Assembly: GCA_014381725.1 (NCBI GenBank)
Contig: JACNLC010000050.1
Span: forward strand, 10,125 to 74,124
Direction: 5' to 3'
From: Fidelibacterota bacterium
Lineage (GTDB): Bacteria > Fidelibacterota > Marinisomatia > SCGC-AAA003-L08 > JACNLC01
DNA: 64,000 nucleotides
Made by a program: the position numbers and the translations under genes. The notes under the pieces are model-generated. The model did not search any database, was not told the DNA's origin, and worked only from the letters and a program-made list of their open reading frames with translations. Numbering within the stretch: the stretch's first letter is position 1; each line of letters starts with the position of its first letter. Positions 39,107 to 49,436 of the stretch are shown piece by piece.

Positions 39107-40301
39107 TATTGAGCACAAATTCTATAATCTGTTTTGCGATTCTATCTTTGCGATTTTTTGCTAAATCTATTTTCTTACCACTTTTTGAAAAAACTGTTAC
39201 ACGATTGGTTGAGGATTCAAATCCTGCACCTTGTTCATTTGCATAATTTAATACAATATAATCGGCACCCTTTTCTTTCATTTTCCGTAGAGCGTATTCT
39301 TCGCCATTCTCTGTTTCTAACGCAAATGCAATTGTCTTTCCTTGAATATTTCCATTGATTGACTTCAAAATATCTGGTGCAGGAATAAATATTAGGTTTA
39401 ATTCCTCTTTACTTCTTTTAATTTTCTGTTGTTCAATATTCTCAAGTTGATAGTCTGAAACAGCCGCAACCATAAATAGAAAATCAATTGAATTTTGGTC
39501 GGCAACTAAACAATTTTGAACAGCTAAAAGCATATCATCGGCGGTTTCAACTTTTATCATTTCGATTTCCGGAACGGGAGGTAAACTTACAGGACCGGAT
39601 ATAAGTGTTACATTAGCTCCAAAATTTCTCGCAACTTCTGCAATTGCATATCCCATTTTCCCACTTGAGCGATTTGATACAAATCTAACAGGGTCAATCG
39701 CCTCACGAGTTGGGCCGGCAGTTACTAAAACTTTTTTTCCTTTAAGTGGTAGTGAAATTTCAAATAGTTCTCTAATTCCGTTCATAATATCCGAAATTTC
39801 TGGTAATCTGCCTTCTCCTTCGTGCAGACTTGCCAAAGCACCAACTTCTGGATTTAGCACTAATTTACCTCTATTTCGCAACTTATCTACAGCTTCAATT
39901 GTTGCAGGATTTTGCCACATCCTATAGTTCATAGCTGGAGCAAATAATGTGGGTTGTTCACACACAGATAGCGTAGTGGAAACCAAATCGTCAGCAATTC
40001 CACTTGCTACTTTCCCTAGAATATTTGCAGTTGCAGGAATAACCAGAATCGCATCCATATTGAGTGCGTGTTCAATATGTTCTAATCCTGCTTTGGGAGT
40101 GTCGGGAAACATATCCGTTAAAACCTCATTATTGGTTAGTGCGGAAAATGTAGCTTTGCCGATAAATTTTTGCGCAGATTCGGTCATCATAACCTGAACC
40201 TCGCACTTTTCCTTTCGCAAAATGCGAATAATTTCACACGCTTTGTAAGACGCAATAGAGCCAGTAACAATTATCAGAAATTTCTTATTTTGCAAACTCA
40301 T
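39099..40301 (-). CDS. coaBC: Bifunctional phosphopantothenoylcysteine decarboxylase/synthetase
   Basis: TGSIASYK, PAMN, TAGPTREAIDPVRFVSNRSSGKMG, AAVSDY, FALET. Confidence 0.95.
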   Translation of the reverse strand: MSLQNKKFLIIVTGSIASYKACEIIRILRKEKCEVQVMMTESAQKFIGKATFSALTNNEVLTDMFPDTPKAGLEHIEHALNMDAILVIPATANILGKVASGIADDLVSTTLSVCEQPTLFAPAMNYRMWQNPATIEAVDKLRNRGKLVLNPEVGALASLHEGEGRLPEISDIMNGIRELFEISLPLKGKKVLVTAGPTREAIDPVRFVSNRSSGKMGYAIAEVARNFGANVTLISGPVSLPPVPEIEMIKVETADDMLLAVQNCLVADQNSIDFLFMVAAVSDYQLENIEQQKIKRSKEELNLIFIPAPDILKSINGNIQGKTIAFALETENGEEYALRKMKEKGADYIVLNYANEQGAGFESSTNRVTVFSKSGKKIDLAKNRKDRIAKQIIEFVLNNE

Positions 40302-40324
40302 TATTATCCCTCTTTTGTAAATGA

Positions 40325-40573
40325 TTATTCTTTTAACATCTCTTGTAATCTCCCAGAATGATGCAATGCCATTAGGTCAGTGTATCCGCCAATTGGTTTA
40401 TCATTAATAACTATTTGTGGAACAGAAGAACCACCAGTGATTTCAGCCAATTCCTGCCTACTCATTTCCTCTTGTTCGATATTAACTTCCTCAAAGTCTA
40501 AATTGTGTTCTGCAAAATATTGCTTAGCATTTACACAATACGGGCACCAATCAGTAGAATATATTTTAATCAT
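40325..40573 (-). CDS. Glutaredoxin
   Basis: WCPYC, SVPQI, IGGYTDL; start MIKIY after GGAGG. Confidence 0.9.
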   Translation of the reverse strand: MIKIYSTDWCPYCVNAKQYFAEHNLDFEEVNIEQEEMSRQELAEITGGSSVPQIVINDKPIGGYTDLMALHHSGRLQEMLKE

Positions 40574-40653
40574 CAAATCCTCCATTTTTAAGTTTATCAA
40601 GGGAGCATACTCGCCTTGTCTCAATTACTCCATTTCACTACTACTGCATCACT

Positions 40654-41829
40654 CTACTTTATTACCATTTTATCGTCGATAATTTGTAGAAGCAGCGAGG
40701 CTCCAATTAACATCGCATCTTCTTCAAAATTGAAGTGCGAACTGTGGTGCTGAATATCCTCTGGTTTCAAGTGTTTTGGGGTTGAGCCGATAAATCCATA
40801 ACTTGCCGGAATTTTCTGCGCATAATAACTGAAATCTTCGCCACCCATAGACAAAAACGGTTTCCCTACATTTTCTCCGACAATCTTTTCAGACGCAGAT
40901 CTCATTGTTTCAGTTGGTTCGGGATGATTAATGGTTGGCGGATAGCCGTCCTTATATTCAAATAGAATTTCCGCCCCAAAAGCTTTGGCAGTTCCGTCAA
41001 TAATTTCTTTCATACGCTGTTTTATCATAATGCGGTTTTCTTCAGTATACGCACGAGCAGTTCCTTCTAAATGCACAGAATCAGAAATCACATTGAAATT
41101 GCTACCACCTTCAATTTTGCCAACCGTAATAACGGTATTTTCAAGAGGATCTGTATTTCTGCTAACAATGGTCTGCAGTGCAGTAATCAAATGTGATGTT
41201 ACAACAATGGCATCCACAGTTCCTTGTGGGGTTGCACCGTGTCCGCCAATGCCCTTAATATCAATTTTGAAACCATCAGCTGCCGCCATAACAGGACCTG
41301 ACTTAATGCCGATTGTTCCAAATTTCTGATAGTTCCATAAATGAACGCCGTATATTTCATCCACTCCGTCAAGACAGCCGTCTTCTATCATAAACTTAGC
41401 ACCACCTTCACCTTCTTCGGCAGGCTGGAAAATGAGTTTTACGGTTCCTCTAATGGATTTTGTTTTCAATACTTCAGCTACTCCAAGTAACATTGCAATG
41501 TGACCATCGTGACCGCAGGCGTGCATAACTCCATCGTTAACAGATTTATAATTTATATCTGAATTTTCTTGAATCGGTAGAGCATCCATATCCGCTCGCA
41601 AAGCTATTGTCTGTCCGGACTCTATGCCTTGTATTGTAGCAACTACCCCAGTTTTGCCAACTTTAGTTTGAATTTCTATTCCTAATTCTCTTAATCGTGT
41701 AGCAATTAGTTTAGCAGTTCGGAATTCTTGAAATCCCAACTCAGGATGTTTGTGAACATCTCGCCGTGTTGAAATAATTGATTCTGCAATTTCCTGAATT
41801 TCTTTTCTAATGTTAATTTTGTTATTCAA
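40654..41829 (-). CDS. M20 family amidohydrolase
   Basis: HPELGFQE, RADMDALP, MHACGHDGH, FQPAEEG, GEDF. Confidence 0.93.
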   Translation of the reverse strand: MNNKINIRKEIQEIAESIISTRRDVHKHPELGFQEFRTAKLIATRLRELGIEIQTKVGKTGVVATIQGIESGQTIALRADMDALPIQENSDINYKSVNDGVMHACGHDGHIAMLLGVAEVLKTKSIRGTVKLIFQPAEEGEGGAKFMIEDGCLDGVDEIYGVHLWNYQKFGTIGIKSGPVMAAADGFKIDIKGIGGHGATPQGTVDAIVVTSHLITALQTIVSRNTDPLENTVITVGKIEGGSNFNVISDSVHLEGTARAYTEENRIMIKQRMKEIIDGTAKAFGAEILFEYKDGYPPTINHPEPTETMRSASEKIVGENVGKPFLSMGGEDFSYYAQKIPASYGFIGSTPKHLKPEDIQHHSSHFNFEEDAMLIGASLLLQIIDDKMVIK

Positions 41830-41964
41830 CTTTTGAAAAACTCCCTAAGTTTATGCTCAAAAGTTACGGTAACAAAATAAAGGAATGAAACAATTCGTCC
41901 TATTTTCTTTTAACTTATCTTTGTAAATTCCCGAATAAATTTATTGATAGTTATAGATATTAAA

Positions 41965-42759
41965 ATGAAAATTCCATTCACAAAAGCACACGGTACAGGA
42001 AATGATTTTATCATTTTTATCAAAAATGAATGCCCCGATATTATTTCAAACAGTAATTTCATTCAGAAAGCTTGTTCGCGAAGAACAGGTATAGGTGCAG
42101 ACGCAGTTTTAATTTTATCCGACGAAAATAATTATGATTTCAAAATGGATTATTATAATTCAGACGGTTCTTGGGAGACATTCTGTGCAAACGGAGCAAG
42201 ATGCGCCACTAAATTAATGTTTCAAAAAGGAATAATTAGAAAAATCACAGAATTTGTTTCAGGTGACGGACACCATAAAGCTGAAATTTTAGAAAATGGA
42301 CTAGTTAGATTAAAGATGATTCCGCCCTCATATCAATCTGAAATCTTGGATATTGATGGTTATTCAGGTCGGCATGTTGATTCAGGAGCCAGACATTTCG
42401 CAACTGAAGTAACAGGCTTTTCATTAGAAAAAGCCACGAAATTTGCACCGAAAATTCGATATTCACCTGAGTTTGCTCCAAAGGGGATTAATGTTAATTT
42501 TTACGAGAAATTAGACAAATCAACTATAAAAGTTATCACCTACGAAAAAGGAATTGAAAAAATAATGCTCTCTTGTGGTTCGGGTTCTGTTGCAGCATCC
42601 TATCATGCTTCACAAAATCATCAATTTAAGAGCCCAATAAAGGTAAAGGTTCGGGGGGGCGAGTTATTAGTAGAATTTGATGAAAACTGGAAAAATGTTT
42701 GGCTAACAGGCCCGGCTACTATTTTGTTTTCTGCTACGATTGATATCGAAAATTTCTAA
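41965..42759 (+). CDS. dapF: Diaminopimelate epimerase
   Basis: KAHGTGNDF, GIGAD, CANGARC, TYEKG..SCGSG. Confidence 0.92.
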   Translation: MKIPFTKAHGTGNDFIIFIKNECPDIISNSNFIQKACSRRTGIGADAVLILSDENNYDFKMDYYNSDGSWETFCANGARCATKLMFQKGIIRKITEFVSGDGHHKAEILENGLVRLKMIPPSYQSEILDIDGYSGRHVDSGARHFATEVTGFSLEKATKFAPKIRYSPEFAPKGINVNFYEKLDKSTIKVITYEKGIEKIMLSCGSGSVAASYHASQNHQFKSPIKVKVRGGELLVEFDENWKNVWLTGPATILFSATIDIENF

Positions 42760-42785
42760 CTACGAAAGCTATCAAAAAGGTTTTC

Positions 42786-43196
42786 TTATTTGTTCAGATA
42801 TGTGATTAACTTTTTTAGTCCTTCCAAATATCCATCAATAGCGTTTGAGTTTTGCACATCTGCAATTCCGGAATAAACAGATGTTTTGTTCTTGTCCAGC
42901 GAAATAGTTATATACGGTAAATTGATTAATTTTAGCGTGTCCGCTATTACAAATCCACAATTATGCCACGCACACGGAGAAAATAAAAGTCCATCAGCTT
43001 TATTGCGGTTTCTGTGAAAAAAAGTTACTGCTTCACCCTCGTCGTGTGTTTGAAATATTTTGAGTTCAATATCTGTATTCCGAGCTTGCTGTCGAAGTGT
43101 TCTGTTGACTTTATCCAATGTAATGCGAGAACCGTCTTTTGTTGAGCGCAATCCCAACAAATTCATATTTGGTCCGTGTAATATTAGAATCTTCAT
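42786..43196 (-). CDS. Divergent type II dehydroquinase (AroQ)-like protein
   Basis: ILILHGPNMNLLG.R and FQT..EGE retained; catalytic Tyr lid and VHLSN motif not recognisable. Confidence 0.6.
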   Translation of the reverse strand: MKILILHGPNMNLLGLRSTKDGSRITLDKVNRTLRQQARNTDIELKIFQTHDEGEAVTFFHRNRNKADGLLFSPCAWHNCGFVIADTLKLINLPYITISLDKNKTSVYSGIADVQNSNAIDGYLEGLKKLITYLNK

Positions 43197-43198
43197 AA

Positions 43199-43705
43199 TT
43201 AACTGATTTCCTTTCTATACATTTCAACAATTTCCGTATGGCAACGAAATGCTAACACTGGTAAGTTATTTAATGGAAATAATTTGACATCTTCGGCATC
43301 ATCACCCGGTTGCATTATGGAAAAATCTTCAATTTTCATAACCATCCCCAGCAGAAGAACATCTCCAAACAATGAGTTAAAGTGTGAGCAGTGTCCTAAT
43401 AGTTTTTCTATATTTCCATTTAAGTTGGTTTCTTCCTTTAGCTCACGAATGGCTGCCATTTGTGGAGTTTCGCCAAGCTCAATAAATCCGCCAGGTAAAC
43501 ACCAAAAACCTTTTGCTGGTTCGTATTTTCTACGAACGAGAAGGATTTCTTTTCCTTTTGGACAAATCAATGTTGCCGTTGGTTTTGGGTTTTCATAATG
43601 AACGGTATCACAATGGTTACAATAGTAACGATGTCGTCCTTCAACAAACATTTCGGAATTTTTCTCTCCGCAATTTGAACAGTATTCCATATATGCCATA
43701 GCCAT
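43199..43705 (-). CDS. Zinc-ribbon NUDIX hydrolase
   Basis: CSNCG..CNHC..YENPKP; LPGGFIELGE..AAIRELKEET. Confidence 0.9.
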   Translation of the reverse strand: MAMAYMEYCSNCGEKNSEMFVEGRHRYYCNHCDTVHYENPKPTATLICPKGKEILLVRRKYEPAKGFWCLPGGFIELGETPQMAAIRELKEETNLNGNIEKLLGHCSHFNSLFGDVLLLGMVMKIEDFSIMQPGDDAEDVKLFPLNNLPVLAFRCHTEIVEMYRKEIS

Positions 43706-43719
43706 AAATTAGGTTGATT

Positions 43720-43765
43720 TTGCGACGAATCCAACTTGGTTTTAATGCAGAATTTACGGTAAACT
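43720..43765 (+). repeat. 46-bp direct repeat, copy 1 (promoter-like)
   Basis: 44/46 identical to 48474-48519. Confidence 0.9.
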
Positions 43766-43788
43766 CATACATAGAATATGGAGATATT

Positions 43789-45531
43789 ATGAAGTTAGTA
43801 AAAGTGTTTTTACCTTTTTTATTATCAATTATTTATTCACAAGAGTTCAATGAAGGGCCTTATGGAACTGAATACTATGATATTGCAGGTCCGTTTTCAG
43901 TGTTAGATATCAATCTTCAAATGCAAGGTGATGTAAATAGTGATCAGAATTTAGACATTTCAGATATACTGATAATCACACTAGCCAATGCTGGAACCAT
44001 TGAATTATCTGACGAACAATTCCAAATTGCAGATGTAAATTCAGATGGGTTACTAGATGACATTGACTTGGTCACTATTGTAAATTCGTCGGACAACCCA
44101 CTGTACTCCGAGTGGAATTATGAAGATTCTTGGAACGGATTGGATTCATATATTTTCATTTGTTACAACCAAGATGTTAGTAATTCTGCAGGTCTTTGGG
44201 CATCTAATACACAATCAGATTTACTGGATAAATCTCCTGATAATGTGCATTATTTTTTCGTTTCCAACAGAACCAGTGCTGAAAATGATGTTATTGCGAT
44301 GAAATCCAAATTCGATGAAGTGTTGGTAAACTATTCAGACGAAGACAAAGAGCATTGGAGGAATCACCTACATTTTGTCCCAACCAAAATATCAGATTTA
44401 GAAAACTGGTTATCTGATGCGCTATCCGATAAATATGCACTTGGAATTGATACCTTTCAACAGTTGAAACAAATAGGTTACTTAGGAAATCCAAATGGTT
44501 TTACAGGAACACATATGAGTTATCTAGCTCATGAAGCACAGTATTATAATTATGAGCAAGAAGAATTCTCCGTATCTTCGGATGATTATATCGAAATTGC
44601 AATTTTCGACAGCGTGCTGTATGATGGTTGGTGGGCATCGACTATCCAAACAATTGTCGAGATTCCAAGTGATGAGATATTGTCAAATACCGAAAAAATG
44701 GAGATTGAACTTTTTAGACCCTGTGCCGATTATCTTGATAGTGGATGCGATGATTACGACCGAACAGCTATACTCAGGGTATGTGACGAAGATGGTTCCA
44801 ATTGTAATGAAATTGCACGATGGATAACCCCTTTTGATAGACAACCTCATCATTTAACAGATATTACACCGTTTATTTCAAAACTTCGACCGGGAGGAAA
44901 TAAACTATTCAAATTTCAAATTTATGGTTGGCCGAATAATATTGTATTTATGAAGTTACATTTATATCAAAATGAAAGTATTGAACATACTCCTCAAGAA
45001 ATAATTCCTTTATGGTCAGGAGGTGGATTTTATAGCGAAGGTGAACCTGTTTACAATGATAATATTGAACCCAAAATATTTGAGATTCCATCAAATGCAA
45101 CAAAAGTAGAGTTTGTAACCTATATTACAGGCCACGGCTCAGCGAGTGATTCTGATAATTGTGCTGAATTTTGCAATACACGACATTTTTTTACACTAAA
45201 CGGAGGTGTATTTGAGTTTGATAAATCTCATCCAGAAGCAGGTGCATCTGCGGATTGTCAGTCGGTTGAAAGAATTCGTGAAGGTGTTATTCCCAATCAG
45301 TATGGAACGTGGGGATATGGTCGAGCTGGTTGGTGTCCTGGGTTAGATGTTGACCCATTTATCCAAGATATTACCGACTTTGTTGAACTGGGTGATGAGA
45401 ATGTAATGCAATACGAAATGTGTTGGGCATCACAAGGGAATGTTTGTCACGATGATTGGCCAATCATTACAAATCCGAGTGGATATTTAGCCGAAATTAT
45501 TATGTCATCTTACATTGTTATTTATTATTAG
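43789..45531 (+). CDS. Secreted dockerin-like + peptide-N-glycosidase F-like protein
   Basis: GGAG RBS; GDVNSD..LDISD..ADVNSDG..DDIDL; CDDYDR, EIARWITPF, ITGHG, CAEFC, GTWGYGRAGWCPG. Confidence 0.75.
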   Translation: MKLVKVFLPFLLSIIYSQEFNEGPYGTEYYDIAGPFSVLDINLQMQGDVNSDQNLDISDILIITLANAGTIELSDEQFQIADVNSDGLLDDIDLVTIVNSSDNPLYSEWNYEDSWNGLDSYIFICYNQDVSNSAGLWASNTQSDLLDKSPDNVHYFFVSNRTSAENDVIAMKSKFDEVLVNYSDEDKEHWRNHLHFVPTKISDLENWLSDALSDKYALGIDTFQQLKQIGYLGNPNGFTGTHMSYLAHEAQYYNYEQEEFSVSSDDYIEIAIFDSVLYDGWWASTIQTIVEIPSDEILSNTEKMEIELFRPCADYLDSGCDDYDRTAILRVCDEDGSNCNEIARWITPFDRQPHHLTDITPFISKLRPGGNKLFKFQIYGWPNNIVFMKLHLYQNESIEHTPQEIIPLWSGGGFYSEGEPVYNDNIEPKIFEIPSNATKVEFVTYITGHGSASDSDNCAEFCNTRHFFTLNGGVFEFDKSHPEAGASADCQSVERIREGVIPNQYGTWGYGRAGWCPGLDVDPFIQDITDFVELGDENVMQYEMCWASQGNVCHDDWPIITNPSGYLAEIIMSSYIVIYY

Positions 45532-45539
45532 GAGCAGTT

Positions 45540-47516
45540 ATGAAAAATTTATTAATAATTATATTTACATTTAGTGTGTTGTTTTCAAATGATGTAACAT
45601 TACAAACCAATCACGATGCAAGTGGGTCTAATATTTATCTTACCAGTAACCAACATATTTATGGATTTCAATTTACTCTGATTACAAGTGTAGAAGGAGT
45701 GGCTTATGATATTGTAAATCAAGAATTTTCAAATGGTGATGAAACAATTGAATCTTATGTAGTAAATTCCATAAATGGTCTTGTTAATGATTATGGGTTT
45801 ACGTGTTTTATGGATGCAACCAATCGATTGAAGGTATTTTCAATGGATGGAAATTCAATTCCTCCTATTGAAGCCCAAGCACCATTAATGATTCTTGAAA
45901 CTGACTTTTCTTCTTCTCTTGACTTGACAATAGTTGACCCCATTTTTATCGGAATGGATGACGAAAACAACTTAATTGAATTAGAAGTAGAATACGGATT
46001 GGCAGAATATCAAGATGGATGGCCGTATTATACCGAACAACAAGTAATATCTTCTCCCGCTGTGATTGATATTGACGGTGATGGAGACAAGGAAGTGATT
46101 TTTGCTGATTATAGTGGTTGGGTGCATATTATTGACAAATACGGTGAACCTGAATGTAATTACAATGCCACCGATCAAGTTTGGGGTTCTCCAGCCATTG
46201 CAGATATTGATGGTGATGGAGAATTAGAGATTGTCATTAATTCCAAAAGTAAGAAGATGGTTGTACTAAATAGCGTCTGTGATGAAGAAATGGTGTACGA
46301 AGCCGATCAATATCTTTTAGGAACACCTGCATTAGGGAATATTGACGACGATGCTGACCTAGAAATCATATTTGGTGGATATTCATCTCCCGGCAAAATA
46401 TTTGCAGTAAATCCTGATGGAACTGACGCTGAAGGGTTTCCTTTTGAATTAGGCGAAAAGGTGAAAGTTGGAGTGGCAATTGCAGATGTAAATGGCAATG
46501 GAAAAGTTGAGATTGTCTGCGGAACGGATGATGGTAACTTATATTTGATTTATGATACTGCAGAAATTGCAGATGGATTTCCATTTGTTACAGGTGACGA
46601 TATTAGAACGGCACCTACAATTTACAGAGATGATGATACGGGTGTATTCGTTTTCTATACAGGTTCTAAAGATGACAATTTTTACACTGTAAATGTTGAC
46701 GGTTCTCTGCATTCAGTCATTGAAACAGATGGAAATATATCGGTTTCAAATAGCATTTCTACAATTGGTGCTTTAGATTATGACGCAACTGTATTTTTTG
46801 GCTCTGAGTCAGGTCTTGTTTTCAATTCAGGAGTTTTTTCAACTAATTACAATGCTTTCGATTTAGGTACCAATATTGTTTCCAGCCCAATAGTTGCACA
46901 GCTGAGTGATTTGCCGAACAAAGGGTTTATTACAGCATCACAAAGCCAACTGTTTTATGAAGAACATATTAATAATAGTTCTCCTTTTATTGGATTAAGT
47001 GCTATTTCTTTTAACTCTGACTATATATATACCAGTTCTATGGCAATAAATGATATTGATAACGATGGAGATTTGGAAATTATTATAGGTACTGCCCACG
47101 GTATTGATGTAATAGATGTTAAAAATCGGTATAATAGGCACTACACGTATTCCCAAGATAATAACTGGAATATGTATCGAGGGAATTATGAACGAACTGG
47201 ATTCTTTCATTCTTCTAACGCAGTAAATTCTATTGATGATGGCAATATCCCCAATAGGTTTGCAATTAACAGTATTTATCCTAACCCATTTAATCCTAAA
47301 ACAACTATCAATTATCAGTTAATGGAAAACAGTTCTGTGAGATTAGATATTTACAATATTAATGGTCAATTGGTTGAGCAGTTAGTAAATATAAATCAAG
47401 ATTTAGGATATCACGAAGTAATATGGGATGCGTCTAATTGTGCAACAGGATTCTATTTTGTAAAATTGATAGCAAATGAATTTAATGAAACACAGAAACT
47501 TATTTTATTGAAATAG
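45540..47516 (+). CDS. FG-GAP/VCBS-repeat protein with T9SS type A sorting domain
   Basis: Repeated SPA..DIDGDG..E(V/I); C-terminal IYPNPFNP..WDAS..TGFYF..KLILLK. Confidence 0.85.
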   Translation: MKNLLIIIFTFSVLFSNDVTLQTNHDASGSNIYLTSNQHIYGFQFTLITSVEGVAYDIVNQEFSNGDETIESYVVNSINGLVNDYGFTCFMDATNRLKVFSMDGNSIPPIEAQAPLMILETDFSSSLDLTIVDPIFIGMDDENNLIELEVEYGLAEYQDGWPYYTEQQVISSPAVIDIDGDGDKEVIFADYSGWVHIIDKYGEPECNYNATDQVWGSPAIADIDGDGELEIVINSKSKKMVVLNSVCDEEMVYEADQYLLGTPALGNIDDDADLEIIFGGYSSPGKIFAVNPDGTDAEGFPFELGEKVKVGVAIADVNGNGKVEIVCGTDDGNLYLIYDTAEIADGFPFVTGDDIRTAPTIYRDDDTGVFVFYTGSKDDNFYTVNVDGSLHSVIETDGNISVSNSISTIGALDYDATVFFGSESGLVFNSGVFSTNYNAFDLGTNIVSSPIVAQLSDLPNKGFITASQSQLFYEEHINNSSPFIGLSAISFNSDYIYTSSMAINDIDNDGDLEIIIGTAHGIDVIDVKNRYNRHYTYSQDNNWNMYRGNYERTGFFHSSNAVNSIDDGNIPNRFAINSIYPNPFNPKTTINYQLMENSSVRLDIYNINGQLVEQLVNINQDLGYHEVIWDASNCATGFYFVKLIANEFNETQKLILLK

Positions 47517-47520
47517 GATA

Positions 47521-48393
47521 ATGTCCCCTAAAATAGTCATTTTACTTTTTGTTGCGATGTTATCAGTCAGCACATCACCATTGTTAGCAAAATGGTTGGA
47601 TTCTGTCCCGGCATTACTTATTTCCTTTTGGAGAATGACATTTGCATCAATGGCATTGTGGGGATACAGTGCATTCAAACCCAAAGTTAATTTAAGTTCA
47701 TCGGGACGAAACAAAACAATTGTTGCAGGTATATTTTTGGGAATCCACTTTGCATTTTTCTTTGGTGCTTTGAAATATACAACCATTGCAAATGCTACTT
47801 TTTTGGGCACACTTGCACCTGTGTTTACACTTATTATTGAACGAAATTATTTAAAACGAAAATTTAACTCACCTACTATGTTTGGAATTATTCTCGCATT
47901 AATTGGAGCGGGAATCATATTGGGATATAAATTTGACTTATCTGCAGAGAATACTCTCGGGAATATCTTGGCACTCACATGTTCAATTTGGTTGGCAATT
48001 GTAATGGTAATTTCAGAAAATATTAGAACCAAAGATGGAACTCTTCCTTACACTCGAATGCTCTATTTTGTATCTGCATTTACATTGTTGATTCTTATAT
48101 TGTTTAGCGGAGATTCTCTTACGGGTTTTAGCAATAAAGAATATTTTGGTTTGTTAATGCTGGGAATCATTCCCACAATTTTGGGACATAATTCAATGTA
48201 TTACGCGATGCGATATGTATCACCGACGGTTGTTGCGACATTCCCATTGGGAGAGCCCATTTTAGCCACAATTTTCGGTGCAATCATTTTTGGTGGAAAT
48301 GAAATTCCTCAAGCATATTTATATGTTGGTGGGTTGGTGACATTATCTGGATTACTGTTATTAACTTTGAAAAATTCTCAAAACGGGAAGTAA
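47521..48393 (+). CDS. DMT/EamA-family transporter
   Basis: About 10 TM segments, HF..FF.AL.YTTIANA, LGH..Y.A, LGEPILA. Confidence 0.88.
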   Translation: MSPKIVILLFVAMLSVSTSPLLAKWLDSVPALLISFWRMTFASMALWGYSAFKPKVNLSSSGRNKTIVAGIFLGIHFAFFFGALKYTTIANATFLGTLAPVFTLIIERNYLKRKFNSPTMFGIILALIGAGIILGYKFDLSAENTLGNILALTCSIWLAIVMVISENIRTKDGTLPYTRMLYFVSAFTLLILILFSGDSLTGFSNKEYFGLLMLGIIPTILGHNSMYYAMRYVSPTVVATFPLGEPILATIFGAIIFGGNEIPQAYLYVGGLVTLSGLLLLTLKNSQNGK

Positions 48394-48473
48394 TGTTTTA
48401 CTCACTAAAATTTAGCTACACCCCGTTACTTATAAGATAATACAAATTAAAAAAATACAAAAATGACACTTTG

Positions 48474-48519
48474 TTGCGACGAATCCAACTTGGTTTTAAT
48501 GCAAAAATTACGGTAAACT
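48474..48519 (+). repeat. 46-bp direct repeat, copy 2 (promoter-like)
   Basis: TTGCGACGAATCCAACTTGGTTTTAATGCAAAAATTACGGTAAACT. Confidence 0.9.
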
Positions 48520-48528
48520 TTCCGTCTG

Positions 48529-49425
48529 ATGAATCAGCAAAAATCCATACTTGCCGTTGGCTCAATTGCATTGGACAGTTTAATCACTCCAAAGGGAAAC
48601 AGGGAAAACATCCTGGGTGGTTCAGCGTCTTATTTTTCTATTTCGGCATCCTATTTTGCACCTGTTAGTTTGGTTGGAGTGGTTGGAAATGATTTTCCAA
48701 AATCCGGGATAGAATTGTTTGAATCTCATAAAATTGATATAACAAATCTCGAAATTCATGAAGGTAAAACCTTTAGATGGAGCGGGGAATACAGCCGCGA
48801 TTACAACGCGAGAGAAACTCTTTCTACAGAGCTCGGTGTTTTCGAGAATTATATGCCGACAATTCAAAAAACATATAAAACACATCCATTCGTGTTTTTG
48901 GGAAACATTCAACCAGAACTACAAATGTCAGTGATAAAACAAATATCAAATTCTGAAATGATTATCTGCGATACAATGAATTTGTGGATTGATCTATGCT
49001 TACCGGAATTAAAAGAAGTTCTAAAGAAAATTGATGTGTTTCTGCTAAATGATGAGGAAGCAATCCAAATTACCGGAGAACAAAATTTAATCAAAGCTTC
49101 AGACAAATTGCAACAATTCGGCCCCAAAACCGTAGTAGTAAAACAAGGAGCAAGCGGAGCGTTACTGTCACACGGTAATGAGAAAATACAAGTTCCTGTA
49201 GTTCCAGACATAGATGTATTTGACCCAACAGGTGCAGGAGATAGTTTTGCTGGTGGGTTTGTTGGTCATCTTGCAAAACACGGAACAAATGACTTGTTAA
49301 AAGCTGTAATAACAGGAGCTTCAGTTGCATCATTTACTGTTAGCGATTTTGGATTAGACGGATTATTACAAACAGATTTAGAACAAATTAAAAAAAGATG
49401 TAAAACCATAGAAAAATTATTATAG
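48529..49425 (+). CDS. PfkB-family carbohydrate/nucleoside kinase
   Basis: GGSASY, GVVGNDF, NDEEA, DPTGAGDSFAGG. Confidence 0.93.
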   Translation: MNQQKSILAVGSIALDSLITPKGNRENILGGSASYFSISASYFAPVSLVGVVGNDFPKSGIELFESHKIDITNLEIHEGKTFRWSGEYSRDYNARETLSTELGVFENYMPTIQKTYKTHPFVFLGNIQPELQMSVIKQISNSEMIICDTMNLWIDLCLPELKEVLKKIDVFLLNDEEAIQITGEQNLIKASDKLQQFGPKTVVVKQGASGALLSHGNEKIQVPVVPDIDVFDPTGAGDSFAGGFVGHLAKHGTNDLLKAVITGASVASFTVSDFGLDGLLQTDLEQIKKRCKTIEKLL

Positions 49426-49436
49426 AAAGGAATAAA

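Noticed and set aside
39800-39850. CoaBC has GALAS rather than the ACG catalytic Cys motif
   Set aside because: From recollection, Ser variants are common in Bacteroidota-type CoaBC, so this was not treated as novel
43714-43788. Shared N-terminal peptide LRRIQLGFNA in the ORFs at 43714 and 48471
   Set aside because: Artefact of translating the 46-bp DNA repeat; the likely starts are 43789 and 48529
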